64,000 nucleotides of DNA, from assembly GCA_963719225.1 (NCBI GenBank), contig CAVRAY010000001.1, positions 3,712,001 through 3,776,000 of the forward strand, in the 5' to 3' direction. The position numbers were made by a program, and so were the translations under genes. This stretch comes from Thermoanaerobaculia bacterium. GTDB taxonomy: Bacteria > Acidobacteriota > Thermoanaerobaculia > UBA5066. Positions within the stretch are counted from its first letter, which is position 1. Each line of letters begins with the position of its first letter. The notes beneath the pieces are model-generated. The model searched no databases. It saw nothing but the letters and a program-made list of their open reading frames with translations, and had not been told where the DNA came from. Shown here piece by piece: positions 20,602 through 33,254 of the stretch.

Positions 20602-21393
20602 ATGACTCACGAAGAATTTCTGAACAGCCTCCTGGCCGCCAACGCGGGCCAGACGTCGCCGTCCCTTTCCAGCCTGACCGAGGACGAGGCCGTGTGCCGC
20701 TGGCTGGCCTTTCTCGTGATGTGCTACGTCCGAATGACGTACGCGGAGGCCGCCCGGGCGGGACTCGCGCCGTACGTCAGGAGGACATGGTCCAGATGGG
20801 GAAGCGCCCGGGGCGAAGAGGTCGAGCTGGCGATGCCCAACCCGGGCGGGGAGCTGACGTTCCGCGTCCACGTTTCACCGGTGAACGGCTACTTCTTCCG
20901 CCTCGAAGACGCGGCACGCCACAACTGGTTCGACGTGCGCGGCATCGCCAGCCGGGAGGGCGCCCGCATTTCCATCCAGGTGTCGCATTGGGACACGTGG
21001 GTCATGGTGGATGCCCCGAGGGCGCCCGTTCGCCCGACGACGCTGACCTTCCAGCCGGCCGCCTGCTGCCGGCGGTCGCTCGCGAGGATCCGCGAGATCA
21101 CGAGCAGCCTCGCGGCGGCGCGGGCTCTCCTGGGCGTGGGACAGTTCGAAGGGCTGTTCACGGCCGTCACGGCACGCCCGTCGAGCGCCGCCGACGTCGT
21201 GGATTCCGTGAGCGGCGCCTATGACCTGTCCGACTCGGACTGGGAAACCTGGGCACAGGCCATGGCGTCGTTTCCAGCCGTCCAGCAGGAGCAAGTCCAG
21301 AACGTGGCGTTCGAGGAGATCGACACCCACACGAGCGAGCCGGCCCGGTTGCGCTTCTGGACGATCGTCTACGACAGCGGGAGAGTCCAGTAG
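20602..21393 (+). CDS. Hypothetical protein
   Basis: GGAG SD before ATG 20602; GC3-biased codons; no motif recognised. Confidence 0.55.
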   Translation: MTHEEFLNSLLAANAGQTSPSLSSLTEDEAVCRWLAFLVMCYVRMTYAEAARAGLAPYVRRTWSRWGSARGEEVELAMPNPGGELTFRVHVSPVNGYFFRLEDAARHNWFDVRGIASREGARISIQVSHWDTWVMVDAPRAPVRPTTLTFQPAACCRRSLARIREITSSLAAARALLGVGQFEGLFTAVTARPSSAADVVDSVSGAYDLSDSDWETWAQAMASFPAVQQEQVQNVAFEEIDTHTSEPARLRFWTIVYDSGRVQ

Positions 21394-21484
21394 ATCCTCG
21401 ATCTCCGTCCTGAGCGCCTTTCTCCGATCCGGAGAGCTTCGAGAGCGGATCTTTCCTCCAGGCCCGCAGGGCGGGCCTGGAATG

Positions 21485-21503
21485 TACTTTGCGACGCAAA
21501 GTA
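21485..21503. promoter_or_regulatory. Perfect palindromic operator TACTTTGCG-A-CGCAAAGTA directly before creD
   Basis: 9-bp perfect inverted repeat ending 3 nt before ATG 21507. Confidence 0.65.
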
Positions 21504-21506
21504 GAC

Positions 21507-22907
21507 ATGCGATATCCGCTCCTCGCCCGCTCTTTCGTCGTCCTCTCCCTCGTCGTCCTCCTCCTCGTGCCGCTCCAGATGATCCGCGGCGTCATCGACG
21601 AGCGCGCCGCCCGCCGCGCGGCGGCGATCGCGGAGGTGGCTTCGACGTGGGGCGCCGCCCAGACGCTCGTCGGACCCGTCATCGTCGTGCCGTTCCAGGT
21701 CGAGAGGAAAGAAACCTGGGTCGATCCGGCGGTATCGCCGGGAGCACCTCATGGCGGCGTCGTCCGTGAGCGCTCGCGCGTGGACGTCGAGCAGGCGATT
21801 TTCCTTCCGGACACCCTGAAGATCGAAGGACGCCTCGTTCCCGAGCGTCGCTGGCGCGGCATCTTCGAAGTCGTCGTGTACCGCACCGAGCTCGCCGTGA
21901 GCGGGACGATGCCGGCCCCGGACCTCGGTCCGCTCGGGATCCCGGCCGAGGACATCCACTGGAAGGACGCCTTTCTGTCCGTGGGGCTCTCGGATACGCG
22001 GGGTATCCGCGAAGAGGTCCGGCTCCTCTGGGACGGGGACCCGACGCCCTTTCGCCCCGGCCCCGGCGCCGCGTGCCTCGCGCCCTCCGGCATCCACGCG
22101 CCGCTTCCTTCTCTCGAGGGATCCTCGGCCCTTCCGCACGAGTTCGCGTTCACGGTGAGCCTTCAGGGCACGGAAGCGCTCGCCATGACGCCGCTCGGGG
22201 CCTCGACGGACGCCGTGCTGAGGTCTCCGTGGCCGTCCCCGAGCTTCTTCGGCGCGTTTCTTCCCGACCGGCGGGCGGTGACCGCCGAAGGCTTCGACGC
22301 GGCGTGGAAAGTGTCGTCGTTCGGACGGAGCTACCCGCAGCGCTGGCGGAGTGACCGCGGCTTTCCAGGCGATGCCGTCGCGAAATCCGCGTTCGGCGTG
22401 CGTCTCTTCCTTCCCGCCGACGCGTATCAGCAGGCGACGAGGTCTCTGAAGTACGCGATCCTCTTCGTGGGGCTCACGTTTCTCGCCTTTGCGCTTTTCG
22501 AGACGTTCGGGGGGCTGCGCCTCCACCCTCTCCAGTACCTCTTCGTCGGCTTCGCGCTCGTCCTCTTCTATCTGCTCCTCGTCTCCCTCTCCGAGCACGT
22601 CGGATTCGGCGTGGCCTATCTCGCCGCGGCGTCGGCAACGACCGCACTCGTGAGCGCCTATTGCGCGTGGGTGCTCGTCGTGAAGGCGCGTGCGCTCGTC
22701 ATGGCGGGAGCGCTCGCGGCGCTCTACGGCTACCTTTTCGTCCTCCTTCGACTCGAAGACTGTGCGCTCCTTCTCGGATCGATCGCGCTCTTCATCCTTC
22801 TCGCCGCGCTCATGCTCGCGACACGGCGCGTGGACTGGTGGTCCGTAGGCGGCCCGGCGCGGCCGCCCCGGAGCTTCACGCCTCCCCAGCGGGCGACCGC
22901 TCCATGA
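21507..22907 (+). CDS. creD: Inner-membrane protein CreD
   Basis: LLVPLQMIRGVIDER, RGIFEVVVY, WPSPSFFG, RSLKYAILF, LHPLQYLFVG, LLLVSLSEH, TRRVDW. Confidence 0.92.
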   Translation: MRYPLLARSFVVLSLVVLLLVPLQMIRGVIDERAARRAAAIAEVASTWGAAQTLVGPVIVVPFQVERKETWVDPAVSPGAPHGGVVRERSRVDVEQAIFLPDTLKIEGRLVPERRWRGIFEVVVYRTELAVSGTMPAPDLGPLGIPAEDIHWKDAFLSVGLSDTRGIREEVRLLWDGDPTPFRPGPGAACLAPSGIHAPLPSLEGSSALPHEFAFTVSLQGTEALAMTPLGASTDAVLRSPWPSPSFFGAFLPDRRAVTAEGFDAAWKVSSFGRSYPQRWRSDRGFPGDAVAKSAFGVRLFLPADAYQQATRSLKYAILFVGLTFLAFALFETFGGLRLHPLQYLFVGFALVLFYLLLVSLSEHVGFGVAYLAAASATTALVSAYCAWVLVVKARALVMAGALAALYGYLFVLLRLEDCALLLGSIALFILLAALMLATRRVDWWSVGGPARPPRSFTPPQRATAP

Positions 22908-23662
22908 GAAGGCATGACGACGCGCTCGCAGCCGCGGCGCGCGCCTCGTGGGCGACTGTCGCGTTCTATGCTCTGCCCGTGTCCGGGCCCGCGCTTCCCC
23001 ACTTCGACGCCGTTCCGCTCTTCCGGTGCCTCAACGAGGAGGAGCGAAAGCTCCTCGGCCCCGTTTGCCGGGCCGTCGCATACGAAAAGGGAGAAGAGGT
23101 CTTTCGCGAAGGGGACGAGGCGGCGGACCTGTGCTTCGTGGCGATCGGCCGCGTGAAGGTCGTCAAGGCGGGTCCGGACCGCGACGTGATCCTCGGCCTC
23201 TTCGGCGCGGGCGAGCCCATCGGAGCCGTCGCGCTCTTCGAAGGCAAGCGCTTCCCGGCGTCGGCCGTCGCGCTCGAGCCTTCCACGATCCTGCGCGTGC
23301 CCGAGCGGGATTTCTTCGCGACCATCGACGCGCACCCCGAGATGACGCGGCGCCTCCTGCAGGGCCTCATGCTCCGGCAGTTCGAGATCTCGCGCCGCCT
23401 CGCGGACCTGACCGGCCCGGTCGAGAAGCGGATCGCGCGGCTCTTCCTCATGCTCGCGCGGCGTGTCGGGAGGCGCGAGGGCGCCAGCGCGACCATCCCC
23501 CTCGCGCTTTCCCGCCAGGAGATCGCGGACCTGACCGCGACGACCGTCGAGACCGCGATCCGCGTCATGAGCCGCTGGGGAAAGGAGAACGTCGTGATCA
23601 CCCAGCCGGATGGGTTCACGGTTCCAGATCTCGGCGCGCTCGACGCGCTGACCGAGGACTAG
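22904..23662 (+). CDS. Crp/Fnr-family transcriptional regulator (DNR/NnrR/HcpR-like, no FNR Cys cluster)
   Basis: cNMP-binding fold (VFREGD...GRVKV...GE) and HTH LSRQEIADLTATTVETAIRVMS; ATGA overlap with creD. Start could instead be GTG ~22979. Confidence 0.88.
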   Translation: MRRHDDALAAAARASWATVAFYALPVSGPALPHFDAVPLFRCLNEEERKLLGPVCRAVAYEKGEEVFREGDEAADLCFVAIGRVKVVKAGPDRDVILGLFGAGEPIGAVALFEGKRFPASAVALEPSTILRVPERDFFATIDAHPEMTRRLLQGLMLRQFEISRRLADLTGPVEKRIARLFLMLARRVGRREGASATIPLALSRQEIADLTATTVETAIRVMSRWGKENVVITQPDGFTVPDLGALDALTED

Positions 23663-24960
23663 GCGGTCGCCACCCGTACCGGACCGCTCTTCGGGCGGAG
23701 CTTCCACGCGACATACGGCTTCGCGAGCGTGCGCAGCGCCGCGAGCTTCGTCTCGTAGAGACGCGAGGAGAACGTCGGCGGCACGAGGTCGGCCGCTTCT
23801 TCGGGCTGGACGACGAGCGACACCTGGATTCCCGGGAGGATTCCCACGGGGAGTCCGGCGCGCTGGACCGCTTTCCAGAGATACGCGAAGACCTCGCGCA
23901 TCTCCTGCGGCTTCGGCGGAGGCTCGTTCTCGAGCGCGCTCCCGACCGTGGGACGGAAGATGCAGACGGTGGGAAAGGCTCCCGCATTCACGATGCGGTC
24001 GATGCCCCGCAGCGTGGCCTCGAGAGGCTCGAGCCCCGCGATGATCTCACCCGAGACTTTTCCCGGCCCGAGCTTCTTCGCCGTGTACTCCATCGCCTCG
24101 AAGAACGCGTTCTGGCCGAGCGTCATCTCCTTCCCGGGGCAGAGCTTCGCGAACGTCGCGGGGTCCTCGAATTCGTAGCAGAACGAGAAGTGATCCGTTC
24201 CGGCGGCGATCAGGTCGTCGTACTCGTTGAACTTGCGGCGCGGCACGGGAACGGCCTGGACGCCGATGAAGCCGCCCACCTCGGCGCGGAGCCGCTTCAC
24301 GAAGGGCTCGCACTGCCTGAGGCCGTGAACCAGCTCGAGGTCGTCGCGATCCTCGAAGTGATACCCCGTGTTCAGGTGCGTGAAGATGGAGCCGGATTCG
24401 TCGCGCGCGGCCTTCGCGACCTCGATCACGTCGTCCACCTTCTTCTTCGATTCCTCGGCCGTGCCCACGTTGCGGCCGGTCGTGCAGAAGGCGCACGCCG
24501 GCGACGACGGCAGGTTCCAGTACAGGCAGGCGTTCGAGACGTAGATTCCGAGGTACGTGCCCTGCAGGACGCCGACGCGGCTCATCTCGACGCCGCTCGA
24601 CGTCTTCCGCGAATACCAGACGGGCTCCTCGGGGATCTCGACGGGATAGTGGTCGCCCTGACGCGCGTCGCACAGGATGTAGCCGCGCGTCGTCTTCATC
24701 AGCAGGAAGGGAGACCTCGCCGCGAAGGGCTCGACGACGGGCACGTTCACCCAGATCTTCTTGCGCGGCGACGGAAGGATCAGCTCCAGGCCCGAGCCGA
24801 GGCCAGCACGCGTTCGCGAGATGCGCCGGCCGTCGGCATTCACGTCGAAGGACGGGTCGACACGCAGGCCCCAGCAGAAGAGCTCGATTTCGAGCTCCAC
24901 GGGTTTGAACAAAGTCGTCCTCCCACCGGGAGCATGTGGTGCCGGGGCCGGAGCGGCCAT
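23659..24960 (-). CDS. Radical SAM protein with atypical CX10CX2C motif
   Basis: CLYWNLPSSPACAFC; C-terminal CPGK...IIAGLE...FRP typical of biotin-synthase-like radical SAM barrels. Confidence 0.8.
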   Translation of the reverse strand: MAAPAPAPHAPGGRTTLFKPVELEIELFCWGLRVDPSFDVNADGRRISRTRAGLGSGLELILPSPRKKIWVNVPVVEPFAARSPFLLMKTTRGYILCDARQGDHYPVEIPEEPVWYSRKTSSGVEMSRVGVLQGTYLGIYVSNACLYWNLPSSPACAFCTTGRNVGTAEESKKKVDDVIEVAKAARDESGSIFTHLNTGYHFEDRDDLELVHGLRQCEPFVKRLRAEVGGFIGVQAVPVPRRKFNEYDDLIAAGTDHFSFCYEFEDPATFAKLCPGKEMTLGQNAFFEAMEYTAKKLGPGKVSGEIIAGLEPLEATLRGIDRIVNAGAFPTVCIFRPTVGSALENEPPPKPQEMREVFAYLWKAVQRAGLPVGILPGIQVSLVVQPEEAADLVPPTFSSRLYETKLAALRTLAKPYVAWKLRPKSGPVRVATA

Positions 24961-24984
24961 GATGCAGGGACTTCAGGGAGCGGG

Positions 24985-24998
24985 ATGACGCCCGTCAT
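24985..24998. promoter_or_regulatory. FNR/CRP-type palindrome ATGAC-N4-GTCAT
   Basis: Perfect 5-4-5 palindrome between the divergent radical SAM and NnrS-like genes. Confidence 0.55.
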
Positions 24999-25042
24999 AC
25001 CGGTCGGGCGCCGTCAGGGCTAATTTGGCCGCGGAGAGAGAC

Positions 25043-26386
25043 ATGGCTTCCATCCAGACCGCTCCCTGCTGCAGCGCCTGCGGGTCGAACGCCCCGGCCG
25101 CACCTCCCCGTAACCTCCTCCCCTTCTTCGTGCTGACCGCCCTCGCCCTCGCTGTCACATTGGGGGTCTCGACGGGCGGCTGGGCGATCTGGCAGATGGC
25201 CTTCGCCACGGGCACGGTCCTGCCGTCCCATCTCCAGCTCCACGCGCACGTCCAGCTCCTCGGGTTCGCCGGCCTCTTCATCCTCGGCGTCGCGCTCCAC
25301 GCCCTGCCGCGCATCCTGGGAGCCGCCCCGCCATCCCGAAGGGTGCTTCTGGCCGTGCTTCTGGGCCTCGGCGGCGGCGCCCTGCTGCGCGCGTTCGGCC
25401 AGCCGCTCGCGCCCTGGGCGGGCGGTCGATTCCTTTCGCTTCTCTCGGGTGCATTCGAGCTTGCCGGAGTCTTCGCGTTCCTCGCGTGGGCGCTGCCGGT
25501 CCTCGCCGTGCGCCGCTCCTTCGGCGACCCGCTCTCGTTCCATGTCCTGCTCGGATCCTTCTGGGCCGCGCTCGCCGCCGTACTCTCCGGCGCGCAGTCG
25601 ATCTTCCTCGCGGGCCATGCGGAAGCCGAAATGCCGGGCGCTCTCGTCGAGCCCTTCTATGCAGTCGCTCTCTACGGACTCGTCCTCTCGTTCGTGCTCG
25701 GGTTCGGCTCGAGAATGGTGCCGGCATTCCTCGGGCTTCCCCGGCCCACGCCGAAGAGCGCGCGTCCCGTCGCCGGTCTCCAGGCGACGGGCGTCCTGCT
25801 CCTCGCGGCCGCGTGGATCCCCGGCCTGACGCCTCAGGTGTCGCGCGGCCTCGTGCTCGGAGGAACGCTTTTCCTGGCGTCGGCGGTGGTCCTCTTTCTC
25901 GCGGCAGCCCGGATCTTCGCGCCGTTCTCCAAGGCTCCCGGAGCGCTCTCCTTGCGCGCGCCGTTCGCCTTTCTCGGGCTCTTCGCGGCGATCTCCGTCG
26001 CGGCCGGGATCGGCGAGCTCTCCGGGGTGTCAGTGCACAAATTCGTGTGGGACGGCGCGCGGCACGTCTACACGATCGGGTTCCTCACCCTTCTCGTCGT
26101 CGGCATGAGCCTGCGCGTGGTCCCGGCCTTCACGGGGAAGGCGCTCGTGCGTCCCCGGCAGGCGCGTCTCGCGCTCGCCTTCGTGGGCGCCGCGGCCTTC
26201 GTCCGCGCGCTGCAGATCCCGGTCGCGATCGGCTGGGGCGGCCTGCCTCTCTACCGGCTCGTCGGCACGACGGGCGTGTTCGCGACGGTGGGGCTGCTCC
26301 TGTGGGCTCACGTCCTCGTCGGGACGCTCAGGCCGAGGGCGAAAGCCGCCGCTTCGCTCGTCTTGCCGGCGCGTGCGCCCGCCTGA
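25043..26386 (+). CDS. NnrS-like polytopic membrane protein
   Basis: ~12 TM segments; HAHVQLLGF...G and RHVYTIGF...GMSLRVVP histidine motifs; N-terminal CCSAC. Confidence 0.7.
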   Translation: MASIQTAPCCSACGSNAPAAPPRNLLPFFVLTALALAVTLGVSTGGWAIWQMAFATGTVLPSHLQLHAHVQLLGFAGLFILGVALHALPRILGAAPPSRRVLLAVLLGLGGGALLRAFGQPLAPWAGGRFLSLLSGAFELAGVFAFLAWALPVLAVRRSFGDPLSFHVLLGSFWAALAAVLSGAQSIFLAGHAEAEMPGALVEPFYAVALYGLVLSFVLGFGSRMVPAFLGLPRPTPKSARPVAGLQATGVLLLAAAWIPGLTPQVSRGLVLGGTLFLASAVVLFLAAARIFAPFSKAPGALSLRAPFAFLGLFAAISVAAGIGELSGVSVHKFVWDGARHVYTIGFLTLLVVGMSLRVVPAFTGKALVRPRQARLALAFVGAAAFVRALQIPVAIGWGGLPLYRLVGTTGVFATVGLLLWAHVLVGTLRPRAKAAASLVLPARAPA

Positions 26387-26400
26387 CGCCCGGAGCGCTC

Positions 26401-26613
26401 CTAGCCCTTGAAGCGCTTGCGGCGCGGGAGCATGTCGTTGATCTCGCGAAGCGCCATCTCGAAGCCCTTCGTCACGCCCTCGGGCTCCTCGCCGCGCTGG
26501 ACCTTCATCGTGTATTCGTCCCTCAGGCGCGCCAGGCGATGGCCGAGCGCCCACAGGATCGTTTCGACGGCCTTTTGCTCGCCCTCGGATCTCTGTTTCG
26601 ACATGCGCGCCAT
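26401..26613 (-). CDS. Small hypothetical protein (70 aa)
   Basis: GC3-biased helical ORF MARMSKQRSEGEQKAVETILWALG...; fills the gap between genes. Confidence 0.55.
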   Translation of the reverse strand: MARMSKQRSEGEQKAVETILWALGHRLARLRDEYTMKVQRGEEPEGVTKGFEMALREINDMLPRRKRFKG

Positions 26614-26631
26614 TCTGGACCAGGATGCGTC

Positions 26632-27369
26632 ATGCCCCTCCGCGTCGTTCTCGTGAGGACGCACAACCCCGGCAATCTCGGGGCGGCGGCGCGGGCCGCG
26701 AAGAACTTTGGAGCAGAGATTTCTTTGCTCCGACCGCGCACCCGTCTCGATCATCCCGATGCCGTGGCTTTCGCGTCCGGCGCGGAAGATTTTCTTAGAA
26801 GGGTGAATGTCGTCCCGGCGTGGGGCGACCTGCTCGCCTCTCGAGACACCCTGGTCGCCCTTTCGTCGCTGCGCGGCCGGGTCCCGCGCGGGCTGCCGCC
26901 TCCCACGACTTTCGAAGAAGTCTCCTCCTCTCTTCGCCGCGGCCGGCGCGTCGCGCTCGTGTTCGGGCCCGAGCGCGGCGGGCTCACGACGGAGGAGCTG
27001 CGGCTCTGCGACGCGCGCCTCCGGATCGAAACACGCGACGAGTTTCCAACGCTCAACCTGGCACAGTCAGTGGCGATCACTCTCGCGTCTTTATTCCCTT
27101 TCGAAGCACCGCGCCGAAGGCGCGGAACCACCGGTGCGAAGAGAGAGGTGGCAACCGCAAAGGAAATCCGCCGCCTCCTGGCCTCTTTCAAAGAGACTCT
27201 CTCTTCGGCGGGTTACCCGGGCCGGGGCCACTCGAAGGAGGTCGTGGCGGAGCTCGAGTCTTACCTGCGCCGCGGAATGCCGACTTCCCGTGAAGTCACG
27301 CTGCTTCTCGGCGCTCTCGCGGCCGTGAGCCGCGCGCTCGGCGTCGACCGTTCGAAACGCCGGAGCTGA
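26632..27369 (+). CDS. trmJ: TrmJ/LasT-family SPOUT RNA methyltransferase
   Basis: VVLVRTHNPGNLGAAARAAKNFG, LVFGPERGGLTTEEL, PTLNLAQSV. Confidence 0.85.
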   Translation: MPLRVVLVRTHNPGNLGAAARAAKNFGAEISLLRPRTRLDHPDAVAFASGAEDFLRRVNVVPAWGDLLASRDTLVALSSLRGRVPRGLPPPTTFEEVSSSLRRGRRVALVFGPERGGLTTEELRLCDARLRIETRDEFPTLNLAQSVAITLASLFPFEAPRRRRGTTGAKREVATAKEIRRLLASFKETLSSAGYPGRGHSKEVVAELESYLRRGMPTSREVTLLLGALAAVSRALGVDRSKRRS

Positions 27370-27393
27370 ATCGCCGCGGCGTAGCCTCCCTAG

Positions 27394-28722
27394 CAGGCTG
27401 CTGAAGAAAGGGCTCTTTTTCAAAGGAGCTTGAGCGGGAGAAGACACGTCAAGCTGAAAGAGGGGATTGCTTCGAGAGAGTGAGTCCGTGCTGCTCGCCT
27501 TTTTCGGCCCGCTTCGGTCGCACCGAGGGGCGCTTCAGGGGGAATCAGGCGGTCGAGGACTCCATTCGCGCCATTCGGACGAGGTTGTAGGCCGTCATCA
27601 CGCTGAGGACGTGAGCCGCCACGCGGGCGAGTCCTCGGAAGCGCGTCTTGGCCAGGCCTCCGATGGTCTTACTCCAGCCGAAGATTTCTTCGACGCGCTT
27701 CCTGATTCGCTGGCTCACGGCGTAGCCCGCGTGTCTCGTCGTCCTTCGGTCGATGGCGCTGCGCCTGTTGGTGGTGTTCTGGGCCACGTGGGGCGTGACG
27801 CCTCTCTCTCGGAGCCTTTCGATGAAATCCCTCGTGTCGTAGCCCTTGTCGCCGGCCAGCGTGATGCGCTTGTCCGAGCCCAGCTCGTCGACCATGCCCA
27901 GTGCGGCCGACCTCTCCCCGTAGCCGTCGGCCGTCGTTACGCGCGCCTTCACGCACAGTCCGTTTCTGTTCTCCATCAAGACGTGGCCGAGGTAGCACAG
28001 CTGCGAAGGCTGGCCGTCTCCCTTCTTGTAGAGCTTGGCGTCGGGATCGGTCGTCGAGGCGTGCGTGTCGTTGCGCCTCTTCTGGCCGCGAAAGTCGACA
28101 TCGGCGTTGCGGCCGCCAGGAGCTGGCGGCTCATCGCCGCCCTTACCGTCCTTGTCCTTCCGGGGCTGGAAGCTCTTCAAGGAGGCGTTCGCTTCGATCA
28201 GCGTGCCGTCCACGGTGAAGTGCTCGTCCGAGAGAAGAAACTTCTTGCGGGCCTGTGCGACGACTTCCGAGAAGAACTCCTCGAAGACCTCGGCCTCCAA
28301 CAGTCTCTGGCGGTTCTTCGAGAAGGTCGTCGGATCGAAGGCCGGTGCAAGCCCCGGCATGTCCAGGAACCAGCGGAAGAGAAAGTCGTACCCGAGCCGC
28401 TCGCAGAAGAGCCGCTCGCTTCTCACGCTGTACAGCGCGATGAGGATCTGCGCCTTGAGAAGCATCTCGGGCGGAATCGATGGACGCCCTCGCTCCGAGT
28501 ACAGCCTGGCGAGCTTGGGCTCGAGACGCCTGAGCGCTTCGTCTGCAAGCGCCTTCACCTTGCGGATCGGGTGGTCCCGCGGCACGAGCTCCTCGGGCGT
28601 CATCGTCACGACAAGATCGACCTGCTTTTCGTTGTCTCCACGCATGCACACCAAGGTGCAGCCGCATCGCGCAGCAGTCAATGCCTCGCCGCGATTTTCA
28701 GGAGCCCTTTTTCAGCAGCCTG
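27394..28722 (-). mobile_element. Complete IS5-family insertion sequence (~1329 bp) with CTAG target duplication
   Basis: IR CAGGCTGCTGAAGAAAGGGCTC (27394-27415) versus GAGCCCTTTTTCAGCAGCCTG (28702-28722); CTAG at 27390-27393 and 28723-28726. Confidence 0.92.
27545..28645 (-). CDS. IS5-family DDE transposase
   Basis: GRPSIPPEMLLKA, RSERLFCE, VDGTLIEANAS, DKGYD, RKRVEEIFGW, AYNLVRM. Confidence 0.95.
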   Translation of the reverse strand: MRGDNEKQVDLVVTMTPEELVPRDHPIRKVKALADEALRRLEPKLARLYSERGRPSIPPEMLLKAQILIALYSVRSERLFCERLGYDFLFRWFLDMPGLAPAFDPTTFSKNRQRLLEAEVFEEFFSEVVAQARKKFLLSDEHFTVDGTLIEANASLKSFQPRKDKDGKGGDEPPAPGGRNADVDFRGQKRRNDTHASTTDPDAKLYKKGDGQPSQLCYLGHVLMENRNGLCVKARVTTADGYGERSAALGMVDELGSDKRITLAGDKGYDTRDFIERLRERGVTPHVAQNTTNRRSAIDRRTTRHAGYAVSQRIRKRVEEIFGWSKTIGGLAKTRFRGLARVAAHVLSVMTAYNLVRMARMESSTA

Positions 28723-31844
<3,122 letters not shown>

Positions 31845-31886
31845 GGCCGACGAATTCTATGGCTCGGCGTCCTGTACCATCTCCCG

Positions 31887-33254
31887 ATGCCGGATGCCGC
31901 GTCCGCCCCGGGAGCGCCGCACGAGCTTCGGCGCACCCTCGGCCTCTGGAGCGCCGTCGCCGTCGTCATCGGCTCCACGATCGGCTCCGGAATCTTCCGC
32001 TCGCCGGCCGGCATCGCCGCTAAGCTCCCCGGGCCGCTTCCCATGCTGTGCGTGTGGGCGGCAGGCGGGCTCTTCGCGATCTGCGGCGCTCTGACGCTCG
32101 CGGAAGTCGCGAGCGCGCTGCCCCAGACGGGCGGTATGTACGTCTTCTGCCGCGACGGCTGGGGCCGCCTCGCGGGCTTCCTCTTCGGATGGGGACAGTT
32201 CTCGATGATCCGGGCCGCCTCGCTCGGGGCGATCTCGATCGTGTTCTCGGAGTATTTCTTCCGCGTCGTCGGTATCGATCCCCAGAACCCCGCGAACCTC
32301 TGGACCGTGCGGTGGTTCGCGGCGTTCGCGATCGCCCTCACGGCTTTCTTCAACATCCGCGGCGTCTCGCTCGCGGCGATGGTCAGCAACGTGACCGTCC
32401 TCGCGAAGTACGGCGGGCTCGTCTTCATCGTCCTCGTCGCGTTCGGCCTCGGTCTTCCGGCGACGGGCGGACGCTTCACGCCGGCGGTACCCGAGGGCAG
32501 CTTCACGCTCGCCGCGTTCGGCCTCGCGCTCGTCTCGACGCTGTGGGCCTTCGACGGCTGGGCCGACCTCGCCTACAACGCGGGCGAGGTCAAGGATCCG
32601 GCGAAGAACCTCCCGCGCGCGCTGATCGGGGGAACGCTCGCCGTCGTCGCGATCTATCTCCTCGCGAACCTCGCATACCTCGCGGTCCTTCCGATCGACC
32701 GGATCCGCGTCTCCAAGCTCGTCGCGGCCGACGTCGCGCAGGCGGTCCTCGGGCCGATCGGTGTCGCGTTCGTGTCCGTCACCGTGATGATCTCCACGTT
32801 CGGGACGCTCAACACGGTGCTCTTCACGAGCCCCCGCATCTTCTTCGCGATGGCGAACGACCGCCTCTTCTTCCGGCCCATCGCCTCCGTGCACCCGCGC
32901 TGGGGCACGCCGTGGGTGTCGATCTCGATGACGGCCGCGCTCGGCATCGTGTTCGTCCTGTCCCGCACCTTCGAGCAGCTCGCCGACGCGTTCGTGACCG
33001 CGTTCCTGCCCTTCTACGCGCTCGCGGTCGCGTCCGTGTTCCGGCTCAGGCGCGTGCCCGGCTATGCCCCGTCCTTCCGGGCGCCGCTCTTCCCGCTCGT
33101 GCCGGTCCTCTTTCTTTCGTCCGTCCTCTATCTCCTCGCGAACGCGATCATCCAGCCCGAAAGCCGCTGGAGCACCCTCGCCGTCCTCGGCGTCGTGGCG
33201 GCGGGAATCCCCGTCTATTACCTGACAGTGGGACGCACCACCCGCGCGACCTAA
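31887..33254 (+). CDS. APC-family amino acid permease
   Basis: IGSTIGSGIF, AEVASALPQTGG, WAFDGW, GEVKDP, PRIFFAMA, HPRWGTP; 12 TMs. Confidence 0.92.
   Translation: MPDAASAPGAPHELRRTLGLWSAVAVVIGSTIGSGIFRSPAGIAAKLPGPLPMLCVWAAGGLFAICGALTLAEVASALPQTGGMYVFCRDGWGRLAGFLFGWGQFSMIRAASLGAISIVFSEYFFRVVGIDPQNPANLWTVRWFAAFAIALTAFFNIRGVSLAAMVSNVTVLAKYGGLVFIVLVAFGLGLPATGGRFTPAVPEGSFTLAAFGLALVSTLWAFDGWADLAYNAGEVKDPAKNLPRALIGGTLAVVAIYLLANLAYLAVLPIDRIRVSKLVAADVAQAVLGPIGVAFVSVTVMISTFGTLNTVLFTSPRIFFAMANDRLFFRPIASVHPRWGTPWVSISMTAALGIVFVLSRTFEQLADAFVTAFLPFYALAVASVFRLRRVPGYAPSFRAPLFPLVPVLFLSSVLYLLANAIIQPESRWSTLAVLGVVAAGIPVYYLTVGRTTRAT

Noticed and set aside
26905-27200. Additional weak copies of the AT-rich motif in trmJ (~26908, ~27092, ~27182) and at ~38721
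   Set aside because: Too degenerate to count by eye; left out of the tally pending a PWM scan.
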